NCBI GenBank assembly: GCA_041645165.1
Contig: JBAZQN010000006.1
Span: 4,933 to 68,932, forward strand
DNA length: 64,000 nucleotides
Source of the DNA: Patescibacteria group bacterium
GTDB lineage: Bacteria; Patescibacteriota; Patescibacteriia; 2-02-FULL-49-11
Reading direction: 5' to 3'
Position 1 is the first letter of the stretch. Every line of letters begins with the position of its first letter. The translations under genes were made by a program, and so were the position numbers. Below, piece after piece: positions 47,742 to 57,291 of the stretch. Under the pieces are notes generated by a model. It made no database searches, had not been told where the DNA came from, and saw nothing but the letters and a program-made list of their open reading frames with translations.

Positions 47742-48344
47742 TTACCCGGCAATTCCTGTGAAGAGACGGAAAAGGAATGCCATAAGCGGAAGAAGCGCGC
47801 TCGCGAAATAAAATATAAATAAAATAAAAAGCACGATGCCATACCGCTCAAAAGTGTGCTCCATCCCCCGCCAGGAATCCGGAAGGAGCGCGAATAATAT
47901 TTTCGAACCGTCAAGAGGAGGGATGGGCACGAGGTTAAACACCGCCAGCATCACATTCGCCCATACGCCTACGCTAAGTATTTCCAAAAAGGAGGATGAG
48001 GGAAGGAAACGGACTACCATGCCAAGGAACGCCGCGATTATGAAATTGGATGCAGGGCCTGCTATCCCGACAAGCGCGGGTCCCCATTTCTTATCTTTTA
48101 GATTATAGGGATTATAAGGGACTGGCTTGGCATAGGCGAATAAAAACCGCCCGCCCGTGGTAAACCACGCGATAAGCGGCAAAAGAATTGAACCCATGGG
48201 ATCAATATGCACGATTGGGTTAAGTGTAAGCCTTCCCAAATCCTTGGCGGTCGGATCGCCAAGCTCATTCGCCATCCATCCATGGCTGTACTCATGGATG
48301 ATCGCGCCCATGATGATGAAGATGAGAAACGCAATATCGGTCAT
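47742..48344 (-). CDS. site-2 protease (peptidase M50)
   Basis: HEYSH, AGPASN, FNLVPIPPLDG. Confidence 0.93.
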   Translation of the reverse strand: MTDIAFLIFIIMGAIIHEYSHGWMANELGDPTAKDLGRLTLNPIVHIDPMGSILLPLIAWFTTGGRFLFAYAKPVPYNPYNLKDKKWGPALVGIAGPASNFIIAAFLGMVVRFLPSSSFLEILSVGVWANVMLAVFNLVPIPPLDGSKILFALLPDSWRGMEHTFERYGIVLFILFIFYFASALLPLMAFLFRLFTGIAG

Positions 48345-48687
48345 ATCTCTACTCAGTTACCATTCCAATTCCGATTGTCATTCCAGACCGGGATCTGGAA
48401 TCCAGACAAAAAATAAGCAAACAAAACGATGTTTCATTTAACCGTTTAGCATTGCAGCCAATGTAACAATGTAACTATTTAACAGTTTAACAATTTCATT
48501 CTCAAGGTGTATATCAATCCTACCACTTCTCATGCAATCTCTACAAATTTGCCTTTTACCGCCAATTATGTTAACCTACCTTCAAGAGAAAATCGTCCCG
48601 CACTGCGGGACTCCGCAATTTTAATTTTCAACTTTGTGATTATTAATTTTAGAGTTTAGAGCTTAGAATTTAGAATTTTTCAAGAAT

Positions 48688-48873
48688 ATGTCCCGCCGCT
48701 GTGATTTTTGCCTTCGTGGTCCTACCAAAATGACCACCCGCTCCCACTCGAATATTGCATCGAGGCGCTGGGTGTATATCAATCTCCAGCCCAAAACCAT
48801 TGACGGCAAGGGAGTCAAGATTTGTACGCGCTGCCTCAAGACGCAAGCCAAGAAGATGGTAACAAAATCATAA
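48688..48873 (+). CDS. rpmB: 50S ribosomal protein L28
   Basis: MSRRCDFC, RSHS, NLQ, CTRCLK. Confidence 0.92.
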   Translation: MSRRCDFCLRGPTKMTTRSHSNIASRRWVYINLQPKTIDGKGVKICTRCLKTQAKKMVTKS

Positions 48874-48901
48874 CTTCGAATTTTAAAATTCCAAGTTTAC
48901 C

Positions 48902-48926
48902 ACCCGCATAAAGCGGGCTTTTTATT
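48902..48926 (+). terminator. rpmB intrinsic terminator
   Basis: cccgc-ataaa-gcggg followed by T tract. Confidence 0.65.
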
Positions 48927-48934
48927 TATATTTA

Positions 48935-48962
48935 TTGACATTATAGTGGTGTGTAGTAATAT
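48935..48962 (+). promoter_or_regulatory. putative promoter of tRNA cluster
   Basis: TTGACA-16 nt-TAATAT. Confidence 0.5.
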
Positions 48963-48972
48963 ACCAAAAAAT

Positions 48973-49046
48973 TGGCCTATAGCTCAACTGGTAGAGCAAT
49001 CCTTTAGGAAAGGATGGTTAGGGGTTCGATACCCTTTAGGCCGCCA
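48973..49046 (+). tRNA. atypical tRNA, anticodon AGG (Pro-like)
   Basis: Cloverleaf; anticodon arm ATCCT-TTAGGAA-AGGAT; irregular acceptor end. Confidence 0.6.
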
Positions 49047-49056
49047 AAAATAAATA

Positions 49057-49133
49057 GGCCCCGTAGCTCAATTGGTTAGAGTACCTGCTTGACATGCAGG
49101 GTGTTGGAGGTTCGAGTCCTCCCGGGTCCACCA
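49057..49133 (+). tRNA. tRNA-Val(GAC)
   Basis: CCTGC-TTGACAT-GCAGG, ends ACCA. Confidence 0.9.
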
Positions 49134-49141
49134 AAAAAACT

Positions 49142-49219
49142 GCGCCCGTAGTTCAACTGGTTAGAACAATGGCTTGGTAAGCAGTAGGTTGGGGGTTCGA
49201 ATCCCCTCGGAGCGCTCCA
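49142..49219 (+). tRNA. tRNA-Thr(GGT), irregular stems
   Basis: Loop TTGGTAA; bulged A in acceptor stem; ends TCCA. Confidence 0.7.
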
Positions 49220-49226
49220 TAAAGCT

Positions 49227-49303
49227 GTGCCCGTAACTCAGCAGGTTAGAGTAATCGCCTGATAAGCGGGAAGTCGTAGGTTCGAACCCTACCGGGCACA
49301 CCA
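49227..49303 (+). tRNA. tRNA-Ile(GAT)
   Basis: Loop CTGATAA, acceptor GTGCCCG/CGGGCAC, ends ACCA. Confidence 0.85.
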
Positions 49304-49310
49304 TACAAAA

Positions 49311-49333
49311 GGCCATCATTTACATGATGGCCT
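49311..49333 (+). terminator. hairpin after tRNA cluster
   Basis: ggccatcat-ttac-atgatggcc. Confidence 0.6.
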
Positions 49334-49394
49334 TAAAATTTTTTAAACCACAAACCCGCCTCATATCTGGCGGGTTCCTGATTATTACACTGAA

Positions 49395-49466
49395 ACCGAT
49401 CTACAGTTTTCAGATTTATCTCTCTCGCATATCTTAGACTTAGCTTGAACTTTTTTCGAGCGAGAG
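49395..49466 (+). pseudogene. remnant serine recombinase C-terminal tail (possible island left end)
   Basis: Translates TDLQFSDLSLSHILDLA*TFFERE, similar to SQLLNAVRTYFERN at 56985-57029. Confidence 0.5.
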
Positions 49467-49549
49467 TTCAAAGGAATTTTAAAGGAAAAAACTGAACTGA
49501 AATTTCCCAAAACCGCTTTCGGGCGGCGGCGAGGCCTCAAAATCGCATA

Positions 49550-52285
49550 TTATTGTTTAAGAATATCTCCCAGTTGCCTTATTGCCTCGCCGTAGCGCGC
49601 CCAATCACCATCCCTTTGCGCTCGAACGGCTTCCTCATACGCTCCTAAGGCTCTTCGTATACGCTCCGGAATATCTTGAGGTGGTATTCCACCTGAGGCG
49701 GACGGTTTTGTTGTCGCGGACCCTTGCGGCTTTACTCCCGCTCCACTGCCAAAAATTTTCGATAACCCCTCCTCCAGCGTCTCTTCCATGGCAATTTTAT
49801 TTTCATACGCCACAACCACCCTTTTTAACTCGGGGATTTTTCCGGCTTCGGCCTTGAGATAGAGCGGGCGCACATACAAGAGCGATTCCTCAATCGGAAT
49901 AACTAAAAGTGGGCCTTGGATTACTTGCGACCCGCCTTGACTCCAAAGCGAGATCTGCTGACTAATCACCGGGTCCTGGTTGATGCGGCCGATGATCTGC
50001 TTTGGTCCGAACACAAGCTTGTCTTTAGGAAAACGATAGACCAACAACTTGCCGTAGTTTTCTCCATCGTTACGGGCAACCATCCAGGCGGACAGGTTGT
50101 CTTTTGCGCGGGGAGTAAAAGGCAGCATCAAAATATATTCCTCTTTTTTCTCTCCCGGCAACTTCATAATAATATGCCGTGGTTGCATCGGCGGAATCCC
50201 GCTCCCACGGGACGCCCCCTCTCCTTCTGACGCAATGGCCGGAATTTCCCACTGGTCTTCTTTGTTGTAAAAAATCTGTGGATCATCCATGTGGTAGACC
50301 GAATACGCGGCAGTCTGCAGGGTAAAGATATCTTCGGGATAGCGCAAATGAGAAACAAGGTTCTCTGGAATTTCTGACATCGGTCGGAATGTTCCGGGGA
50401 AAATCGTGGCGTATGTTTTTAAAATCGGGTCCTCTGTGTCCGCTTGATAGAAAACGACACTGCCATTATACGCATCAACCACCACTTTTACCGAGTTTCT
50501 CACATAATTTACACTCTTGCCATTCAACAACAACGGTTGGGAATAGGGATAACGGTCGCTCGTGGTATAGGCATCGGCGATCCAATACACCTTGCCGTCG
50601 GCAATAACGATATAAGGGTCTCGGTCAAAGGTCAAAAACGGCGCGATTTTGGCGATTCTTTCGGCAATAGTGCGGTAATACAGAATACGACTCTCACTGG
50701 TTATGTCGTTAGACAAAAGCAGTTTAAGCGATTGGAATTTCACTGCGTAAAAGACACGCTTGATGAAAGAGTTCATCTCCACCCCACCCGTGCCTTCATA
50801 TGTTGCGTAGACATTTTCTTCGCCTTTTGGATAGTTGAACTCGAGAGATTTGGTTTTTGCGATGACGTAGTCGTTTGAAAGCTCGCCGAAGTAGATCTCA
50901 GGACGCGAGATTTTCAGTTCATCCACATCAGATTTGGGCGGCAAATCCTTAACGAATAAAACCGGCAATCCTTCCTGGGTGACTTGATTCATCGGCCCGG
51001 CCGCTATGCCATAGCCGTGCGTAAACGTCAGCCGTTCATTGATCCAGTTCCTGTTCGGCAGGCTGGCCGAAGACAACTCCCGCGGAGAGAGCATAATCTG
51101 GCGAATTTCTCCATCTATGATATAGCGATCATTATCAACTTCGGCAAACTCGTAATAAGTTCTGATTTCCTGTATCTGGGAAAAAGTTGACAAAAGGGGC
51201 TTCCTGTCCCAAAGCCGCATGTTTTTAACCGTGAGATTGTTGGCCGAGATATCAGTGCTGGTTATGGGCTTATCTCCCGAGATTTCTCGTTCCTCGATTT
51301 TATCAAGAGCAAACGCCTGACGGGTAGCGGCGATATTATACTTAATAAACGGCGTTTCTTTTACCAGCTCATTGGGGGCAACCACCAATTTTTGAACAAG
51401 GGAAGGGATTACTGCTCCCGCGAATCCCACGACAACATAAAGAGAAACTGCTCCGACAAGCAGTGACAACTTTCCCTTCCATACCCAAAAGACGACCGAA
51501 ACTGCCGCAAGTACAGCCGTAACCATTGAGATCCAAAGCATGAGTATTCTCACGGTTGCGTCTGTGTACGTCGCGCCAAATACTAAACCATCCTGACTCG
51601 CGAGCAGTGTAAAGCGAGAAAGGTAGACCCCGGCGGCAATGGTTGAGAGAATTATTGCGAGCAAGATGCCAAGATGAATTCTCGCCGCGCGTTCAATTCG
51701 CATTTGTTTAAGTAATTGTAGACTTGCGACATAAAGGCTGCCTCGCAAAAAATATATGATCGCACAGCCGATCAGCGTCAAGATAACGAGTGTTTTCGCG
51801 AGACCAAGACCCGCTTGTAAAACAGGGAGAGAGAAGACATAAAATCCGATGTCTTTATTAAAGATAGGGTCTGTCGCGCCAAAAGCCGCGCCTGAAATAA
51901 ATTTTAATACCTCCTGCCAATTGGCCGCCGCCACAAGTCCGAAAAAGAGCGCGATTGCCACGCTCAACACAACGGCCAATTTTTTAACAATGCGATTGTT
52001 CAAATCCACCGGCCGGCCGATTAACGCCTCCGGCAAAATTGCCGTCCAAGAGATTTTTGAGCGGATTGCTAAAGAGAAGTTGATAAACAAAAAAACGGCG
52101 GCAAAAATTCCCGCTACCGAAAACAACGCTATTTTAGCGATCAGAGACTTAATAAAGATTTGAGTGTAGCCAACCTCGGAGAACCACCACCAATCAGTAA
52201 CAAAGGCGACAATGCTTGAAAAAAGGATAAAGACAACAAAAAGCCCAATAAAGGAGATTCGTGTGAGGTACTTTGGAATAGTCAT
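49550..52285 (-). CDS. UPF0182 family membrane protein
   Basis: TDWWWF.EVGY, DPIFNKDIGFYVF, YVRNSVK, YPEDIF. Confidence 0.92.
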   Translation of the reverse strand: MTIPKYLTRISFIGLFVVFILFSSIVAFVTDWWWFSEVGYTQIFIKSLIAKIALFSVAGIFAAVFLFINFSLAIRSKISWTAILPEALIGRPVDLNNRIVKKLAVVLSVAIALFFGLVAAANWQEVLKFISGAAFGATDPIFNKDIGFYVFSLPVLQAGLGLAKTLVILTLIGCAIIYFLRGSLYVASLQLLKQMRIERAARIHLGILLAIILSTIAAGVYLSRFTLLASQDGLVFGATYTDATVRILMLWISMVTAVLAAVSVVFWVWKGKLSLLVGAVSLYVVVGFAGAVIPSLVQKLVVAPNELVKETPFIKYNIAATRQAFALDKIEEREISGDKPITSTDISANNLTVKNMRLWDRKPLLSTFSQIQEIRTYYEFAEVDNDRYIIDGEIRQIMLSPRELSSASLPNRNWINERLTFTHGYGIAAGPMNQVTQEGLPVLFVKDLPPKSDVDELKISRPEIYFGELSNDYVIAKTKSLEFNYPKGEENVYATYEGTGGVEMNSFIKRVFYAVKFQSLKLLLSNDITSESRILYYRTIAERIAKIAPFLTFDRDPYIVIADGKVYWIADAYTTSDRYPYSQPLLLNGKSVNYVRNSVKVVVDAYNGSVVFYQADTEDPILKTYATIFPGTFRPMSEIPENLVSHLRYPEDIFTLQTAAYSVYHMDDPQIFYNKEDQWEIPAIASEGEGASRGSGIPPMQPRHIIMKLPGEKKEEYILMLPFTPRAKDNLSAWMVARNDGENYGKLLVYRFPKDKLVFGPKQIIGRINQDPVISQQISLWSQGGSQVIQGPLLVIPIEESLLYVRPLYLKAEAGKIPELKRVVVAYENKIAMEETLEEGLSKIFGSGAGVKPQGSATTKPSASGGIPPQDIPERIRRALGAYEEAVRAQRDGDWARYGEAIRQLGDILKQ

Positions 52286-52319
52286 AATGATTATATTATA
52301 GAAAATTTTTCCTCAGTTG

Positions 52320-52409
52320 TTAATATCCACCCGCAAGCGGCGCGACAAAGGCGATAATTAGCAGAACAATCACGGTAATGAAAATAATTCTTTTGACCTT
52401 GTCAGACAT
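52320..52409 (-). CDS. putative 29-aa single-TM small protein
   Basis: MSDKVKRIIFITVIVLLIIAFVAPLAGGY, fills the gap between operon genes. Confidence 0.5.
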   Translation of the reverse strand: MSDKVKRIIFITVIVLLIIAFVAPLAGGY

Positions 52410-52414
52410 AAAAT

Positions 52415-53455
52415 TTATTGGCTTTCGCGCTCTTTATGAATCATAATATAGATTTCGAGGAAGGTAAAGAGCAGGTTTAAGACGAGAGGCCCTAATAAGA
52501 ATCCGAGAGGTCCAAAAAAGCCGATGCCGCCCAAGATAGAAAGTAGAATCAGAAATGGATGGAGCTGTGTTCCTCGTCCAACGAGCTTCGGTCCCAAAAA
52601 GTTGTCAACGAGTCCCACGGCTGTCATTCCCCAAAGCAGAAGGCCGACCGCGAAAAACATTTCTCCGCTGAAGTATAGGTAGAGAATCGCCGGAAGAAGC
52701 ACTAAAGCCGTCCCAATACCGGGGATTAACGCGGTGATTGCCGCAACACTACCCCACAGCGTCGCATTGGGAACTCCGAAGATGGCGAATCCGACCGCGG
52801 TTAGTATGCCTTGAATGAACGCCACCATAAGACTCCCTTTGATGACTGAATTAATTGCCAGCGCAAGCTTATTGAAAATTGTTTCATCGTGAATATCTTG
52901 CAGGGGGCTTAAAGCGACGACGGCCTCTTTGAGTTTGCGACCATCCTTAAACAGATAATACAGAGCGACGAGGAATATAAAGATTCCAACCATTGCTTTT
53001 GCAACATTCGCAAAAAGAGGTCCGAGGTGCTGGAGTAACCAGATTAATCCCTGTTTTAAGTACGGGTTAATATCAATGGAGAATTCTATTGGCACAGGAG
53101 AAAATCTCGTGAGGTTCTGCATGGCATCATTCACACCGCGAGAGAGATCCGTTATGTCGTCGCTTTGTGTAAGAAAAGAGTGAAGCTGTGTTGCTTCCTG
53201 AAAAATCTGTATGCCTAAAAATGCGAGAGGTACGATAACAACGATAAGAACAGAGATGGTGGCGAGAAGCGCCGCCAGACCCCTTCGCTCGCGCGTAATG
53301 GTGAGCGTCTTTTTGTGGAATGGCGCAAAGACGGTTGCAAAAACCATGGCCAAGATAAGCGCATAAAGAAAAGGCTTAAAAATGAAAAGGGCAAGGACAA
53401 AAATTCCTGCGAGTAGAATGAGTAAAAAATAAAATTCTGATTTTTGGTGTTTCAT
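52415..53455 (-). CDS. AI-2E family transporter
   Basis: YYLFKDG, LIPGIG, VDNFLGP, GFLLGP; probable start MKHQK at 53455. Confidence 0.9.
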   Translation of the reverse strand: MKHQKSEFYFLLILLAGIFVLALFIFKPFLYALILAMVFATVFAPFHKKTLTITRERRGLAALLATISVLIVVIVPLAFLGIQIFQEATQLHSFLTQSDDITDLSRGVNDAMQNLTRFSPVPIEFSIDINPYLKQGLIWLLQHLGPLFANVAKAMVGIFIFLVALYYLFKDGRKLKEAVVALSPLQDIHDETIFNKLALAINSVIKGSLMVAFIQGILTAVGFAIFGVPNATLWGSVAAITALIPGIGTALVLLPAILYLYFSGEMFFAVGLLLWGMTAVGLVDNFLGPKLVGRGTQLHPFLILLSILGGIGFFGPLGFLLGPLVLNLLFTFLEIYIMIHKERESQ

Positions 53456-53456
53456 G

Positions 53457-53627
53457 TTATTTTTTCTTCCAAAATTTAAATTTATTAAAAAGTAAAATTC
53501 GCCAGCCCAATAATTCAAGACCGATAATTGCTAGCCATGAACCGGGAGTGAGCGGAGTAAAAAAAGCGGCAAGTCCTATTAGCACCAAAACAACGCCGAT
53601 GGGTTTCTTAATTTTTTGCATTTTCAT
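53457..53627 (-). CDS. putative 56-aa membrane protein (PGPGW-like)
   Basis: MKMQKIKKPIGVVLVLIGLAAFFTPLTPGSWLAIIGLELLGW..., overlaps ATPase stop and abuts the next ATG. Confidence 0.6.
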   Translation of the reverse strand: MKMQKIKKPIGVVLVLIGLAAFFTPLTPGSWLAIIGLELLGWRILLFNKFKFWKKK

Positions 53628-56325
53628 TGCTTGTTTCTCGTCTTCGTAACAGTCCTTTCGTTATTTCCAATATCGGCACCACCGTTGCCGCCGCGCCCGC
53701 AACTATTGCCCAATCAGCGTACGATAAAGCCACGGTCTTAAACGGCACTTGAAGAAAAGGTACATAGATGACGAGCGCCAATAGAAGTAGCTCCCACGCA
53801 ATAGCGAGGTTCAGCCACCGGTTGGCAAATGGTCGGCGCAATACCGAATAGTGATCCGAACGGAAACTGTATGCCTTGAAAAATTGAATGAGCACCAGCG
53901 AGACAAATACCATCGCCATACTCGCGACCAAATCCCGACCAGACTGCAAAGCCCAGACAAACAGACCGACATTGACGAGTGTAGACCATACCCCGCCCGT
54001 GACCATCAGCGTAACAACGGAGCGGCTGAAAATTCCGCCAGTCAATTTGCGCGGGGAACGTCGCATGATATTAGCCTCGGGCGGATCCACGGCCAGCGCC
54101 AAAGCAGGCAGGCCATCCGTGGCAAGATTCACGTATAAAATCTGCACTGCTGAGAGTGGTAAGGGCAATCCCATAAGCGACGTCACCACCATCAGTCCGA
54201 TTTCGCCGATGTTTGATGAAATCAAATACATGAGGTATTTTTTTATATTGCTAAAGATAATCCGCCCCTCCTCCACCGCGGCAACAATGGAGGCAAAGTT
54301 ATCATCGGTCAATATCATGGCCGCCGCTTCTCTGGAGACATCAGTACCAGTAATACCCATGGCAATGCCAATATTGGCTTTCTTGATGGCCGGAGCGTCG
54401 TTGACGCCGTCGCCCGTCATAGCCACAATATGGCCGCGACGTTGCAGGGCCTCTACCACTCGCAGTTTGTGTTCGGGCGATACCCGAGCGCAGACGGCGA
54501 TGTGCTCAATACTTTGTTCTAGCTCGTTATCGCTCATCGCGGAGAGATCGCTGCCAGTAATCACTCGGCCACCGAGGGGCAAAAGGGTCAGTTCCCGCGC
54601 AATTGCCTTAGCCGTCACCGGGTGGTCACCGGTGATCATCATGAGTTTAATTCCGGCCTGTCGACAAAGCTCAATGGCCTGTTTCGCCTCCAGCCGGGGC
54701 GGATCAATCATGCCAAAGAGGCCCAGGAAAATCATATCTCGCTGCGCCAGCTCAATATCAGTGGCCGGAACATACGCCACTCCAATGACTCGAAGAGCTT
54801 CCTCGCCAAAGGTCTGCGTAGCGGCAAGGATAGCAGTGCGCACTTCCTTGGTGAGCGGTTGCACTTCTCCGCTTGTTTGGTAACGAGTGCAGGAGGCGAG
54901 AATAATTTCAGCCGCTCCCTTCCCGTACGCCACCGTGCCAAGGGGCGATTGGTGTAGTGTGGTCATTCGTTTACTTTCGGAACTAAAGGGGATTTCGGCC
55001 ACGCGCCGAAACTGCTCATCCATGAATTCTTTTTGCAGTCCCGCTTTTTCTGCCGCCACGACCAACGCTCCCTCGGTGGGGTCGCCTTTCAAATCCCAAA
55101 CGCCATCGGTTTTCGCAAGGCGAGCGTCCGAAGAGAGCGCGGCTGCTTGGAGTAAAAGCCGCAGGTTGTCCGTCAACGGATAGGGCTGACCTTGCCATAG
55201 AAATTCTCCTCTTGGCTCATATCCGCTGCCGCTCACCTCCAGCACAATTTCGCCATTTAAAAAAATTTTTCGCACGGTCATTTCGTCTTTGGTAAGCGTA
55301 CCTGTTTTATCCGAGCAGATAATGCTTGTGCATCCCAGGGTTTCTACCGCCGGCAAATGCCGCACCAGGGCGTTCCGTTTGACCATTCGTTGCACGCCAA
55401 TGGCGAGCGAGATCGTCACCACCGCGGGAAGCGCCTCAGGCACTACCGCGACGGCGAGTGCAATACCAAAGACTATCATCTCAAGTAGCGGTTGCCCTCG
55501 GAATAACCCGAGCAGTACGATACCCGCCACCACCGCAAAAGCGGCTTTGGTCAGGGTTTTCGCCACGCGGTCCAAATTTTTTGCTAAAGGAGTTTCTTCC
55601 TGCTCCACACTTTGGAGCATCCCCGCAATACGGCCAAATTCTGTCTGCATACCAGTGGCAGTAACTATGGCTCGTCCACGACCGTAGATAGCACTGGTAC
55701 CTGCAAAAACCATATTGCGACGATCCCCGAGTGGAGATCCTTCCTCACAGGTAAGCTCACTATGTTTTTCTACAGGTACAGATTCACCGGTTAATGCCGC
55801 TTCTTCCGCCTTTAGATTCACTGCTTCAATTAAACGAGCGTCAGCCGGGAAGCGATCGCCGGTCGCAAGCACAATAATGTCGCCTGGCACGAGCTCTTGG
55901 GCAGGCACTTCTCGCTCCAATCCATCGCGGAAAACCAGAGCTATTGGTGCGGCGAGCCTGCGCAGCGCTTCAAGCGCCCGCCCGGCGCGCCACTCTTGAA
56001 CAAAACCCAGGACTACGGCAAAGAGTATAATCACCCCAATAGCGATCGCTTCCACCACATGGCCCAAAATACCAGAGAGCGCCGTGGCGACAAGTAGAAT
56101 AAGAATTAAGGAATTCTTGAACTGATGAAGAAAGAGTGTAAATGGCGAAATTTGGGCGGCGGCAATAAGCTGGTTGGGACCATACTGTTGAAGACGAGTT
56201 TGTGCTTCAACATCAGATAATCCAGTAGTTCCGTCGGTCTTGAGTTCAGCGATAGCAGTGGCAGCGGTAAGGGCATGCCAGGGACGGCGGTTTGCTTCAT
56301 TATTGCCTAAATTCTTATGATGCAT
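53608..56325 (-). CDS. cation-transporting P-type ATPase (second copy, island cargo)
   Basis: DKTGTLT, TGES, PEAL, TGDGVNDAPA. Confidence 0.95.
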   Translation of the reverse strand: MHHKNLGNNEANRRPWHALTAATAIAELKTDGTTGLSDVEAQTRLQQYGPNQLIAAAQISPFTLFLHQFKNSLILILLVATALSGILGHVVEAIAIGVIILFAVVLGFVQEWRAGRALEALRRLAAPIALVFRDGLEREVPAQELVPGDIIVLATGDRFPADARLIEAVNLKAEEAALTGESVPVEKHSELTCEEGSPLGDRRNMVFAGTSAIYGRGRAIVTATGMQTEFGRIAGMLQSVEQEETPLAKNLDRVAKTLTKAAFAVVAGIVLLGLFRGQPLLEMIVFGIALAVAVVPEALPAVVTISLAIGVQRMVKRNALVRHLPAVETLGCTSIICSDKTGTLTKDEMTVRKIFLNGEIVLEVSGSGYEPRGEFLWQGQPYPLTDNLRLLLQAAALSSDARLAKTDGVWDLKGDPTEGALVVAAEKAGLQKEFMDEQFRRVAEIPFSSESKRMTTLHQSPLGTVAYGKGAAEIILASCTRYQTSGEVQPLTKEVRTAILAATQTFGEEALRVIGVAYVPATDIELAQRDMIFLGLFGMIDPPRLEAKQAIELCRQAGIKLMMITGDHPVTAKAIARELTLLPLGGRVITGSDLSAMSDNELEQSIEHIAVCARVSPEHKLRVVEALQRRGHIVAMTGDGVNDAPAIKKANIGIAMGITGTDVSREAAAMILTDDNFASIVAAVEEGRIIFSNIKKYLMYLISSNIGEIGLMVVTSLMGLPLPLSAVQILYVNLATDGLPALALAVDPPEANIMRRSPRKLTGGIFSRSVVTLMVTGGVWSTLVNVGLFVWALQSGRDLVASMAMVFVSLVLIQFFKAYSFRSDHYSVLRRPFANRWLNLAIAWELLLLALVIYVPFLQVPFKTVALSYADWAIVAGAAATVVPILEITKGLLRRRETSNENAKN

Positions 56326-56327
56326 AG

Positions 56328-56546
56328 TTAGTTTTTGATTAAATCATCAACGCCAACATCCAACGCTTTGGCGATTCTCGTTAGTGTTTCAATAGTTGGG
56401 TTTGGGTTTGCTCCCGATTCCACTGTAACCACGGTATTAAGCGACAAATCCGCCAGCTTGGACAGGCGATCTTGGGAAATACCTTTGTCCTGCCGGATTT
56501 TCTTCAAGTTTTTGGCTATTTTTGAACCTTGATTATTATTTGACAT
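56328..56546 (-). CDS. XRE-family HTH regulator
   Basis: R.DKGISQ.RLS, NPTIETL..IA.AL. Confidence 0.9.
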   Translation of the reverse strand: MSNNNQGSKIAKNLKKIRQDKGISQDRLSKLADLSLNTVVTVESGANPNPTIETLTRIAKALDVGVDDLIKN

Positions 56547-57026
56547 AGGTCTTTGGAAGATATACCATTATATTGTATAGGTTAAAAAGTATCCTTTTAC
56601 TTTCATCAATTACAATGATAACAAATTTCAAAAGACTTGTCCAAACAAAAGGGAGTTCCTACTTGTCGCCCGCGCACGGGAAGGGTGGGGCAAGGGCGAC
56701 TATTCTTTTTCTTTTGGACCCGCCGCCCGAAAAATCCGCTGGGGGTTTCCAGCAGGTGGGCAAAAAGGAAGGGGGTTGGGGGGAAGGAATTTTTGCCCAT
56801 CTGCTCTCCGCGCCGAAGGCGCGGCTGAGGTGGGAGCGGCTCCGCTCTCTTGCTCCTTCAAGAGAAGCAAAGCAAAACATTTTTCAATTCCTTTTAGAAG
56901 AAAAAGGGTCGCGCACCAAAATTGAAAAAAGAGAAAAATGTTTTGCTTCGCGCCGCCGTCAGGCGGGCGGAGCCGCAGGACGGGTCAGTTTCGTTCAAAG
57001 TAGGTTCGCACTGCGTTCAGTAATTG

Positions 57027-57175
57027 CGACCAAGTTAGACATTGACAGTTTTCGGAAGAAGGTACGCGCTCGCTTCGCTCGCGCGCTGGGGGGATTTTAT
57101 TCTGATTTTCCGCCACAATCCGCCATTCGCCCGACCAATCCCAGCCGACTTTTTTGGAGAGCAGGCGGCGGTTCG
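57027..57175 (-). repeat. 149-bp perfect inverted copy of 58661-58809
   Basis: Base-by-base reverse complement match; both encode NRRLLSKKVGWDWSGEW...CLTWS. Confidence 0.92.
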
Positions 57176-57291
57176 GGTGCGCGAAGCGCACAACAAATGA
57201 AATTTGTATCCAATTTTTTCCTTTCCGCCAAAGGCGGAATACGAAGCCAGTTTTTTAATCCCGCGCTTTACGGCCAAAGGCGACTAACAAT

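Noticed and set aside
53888-54883. Long antisense ORFs opposite ATPases, fusA, tuf and nnrD
   Set aside because: Shadow frames of well-supported genes on the other strand
57027-57175. Diversity-generating retroelement TR/VR pair
   Set aside because: Copies are identical with no adenine-specific differences, and there is no reverse transcriptase in the window
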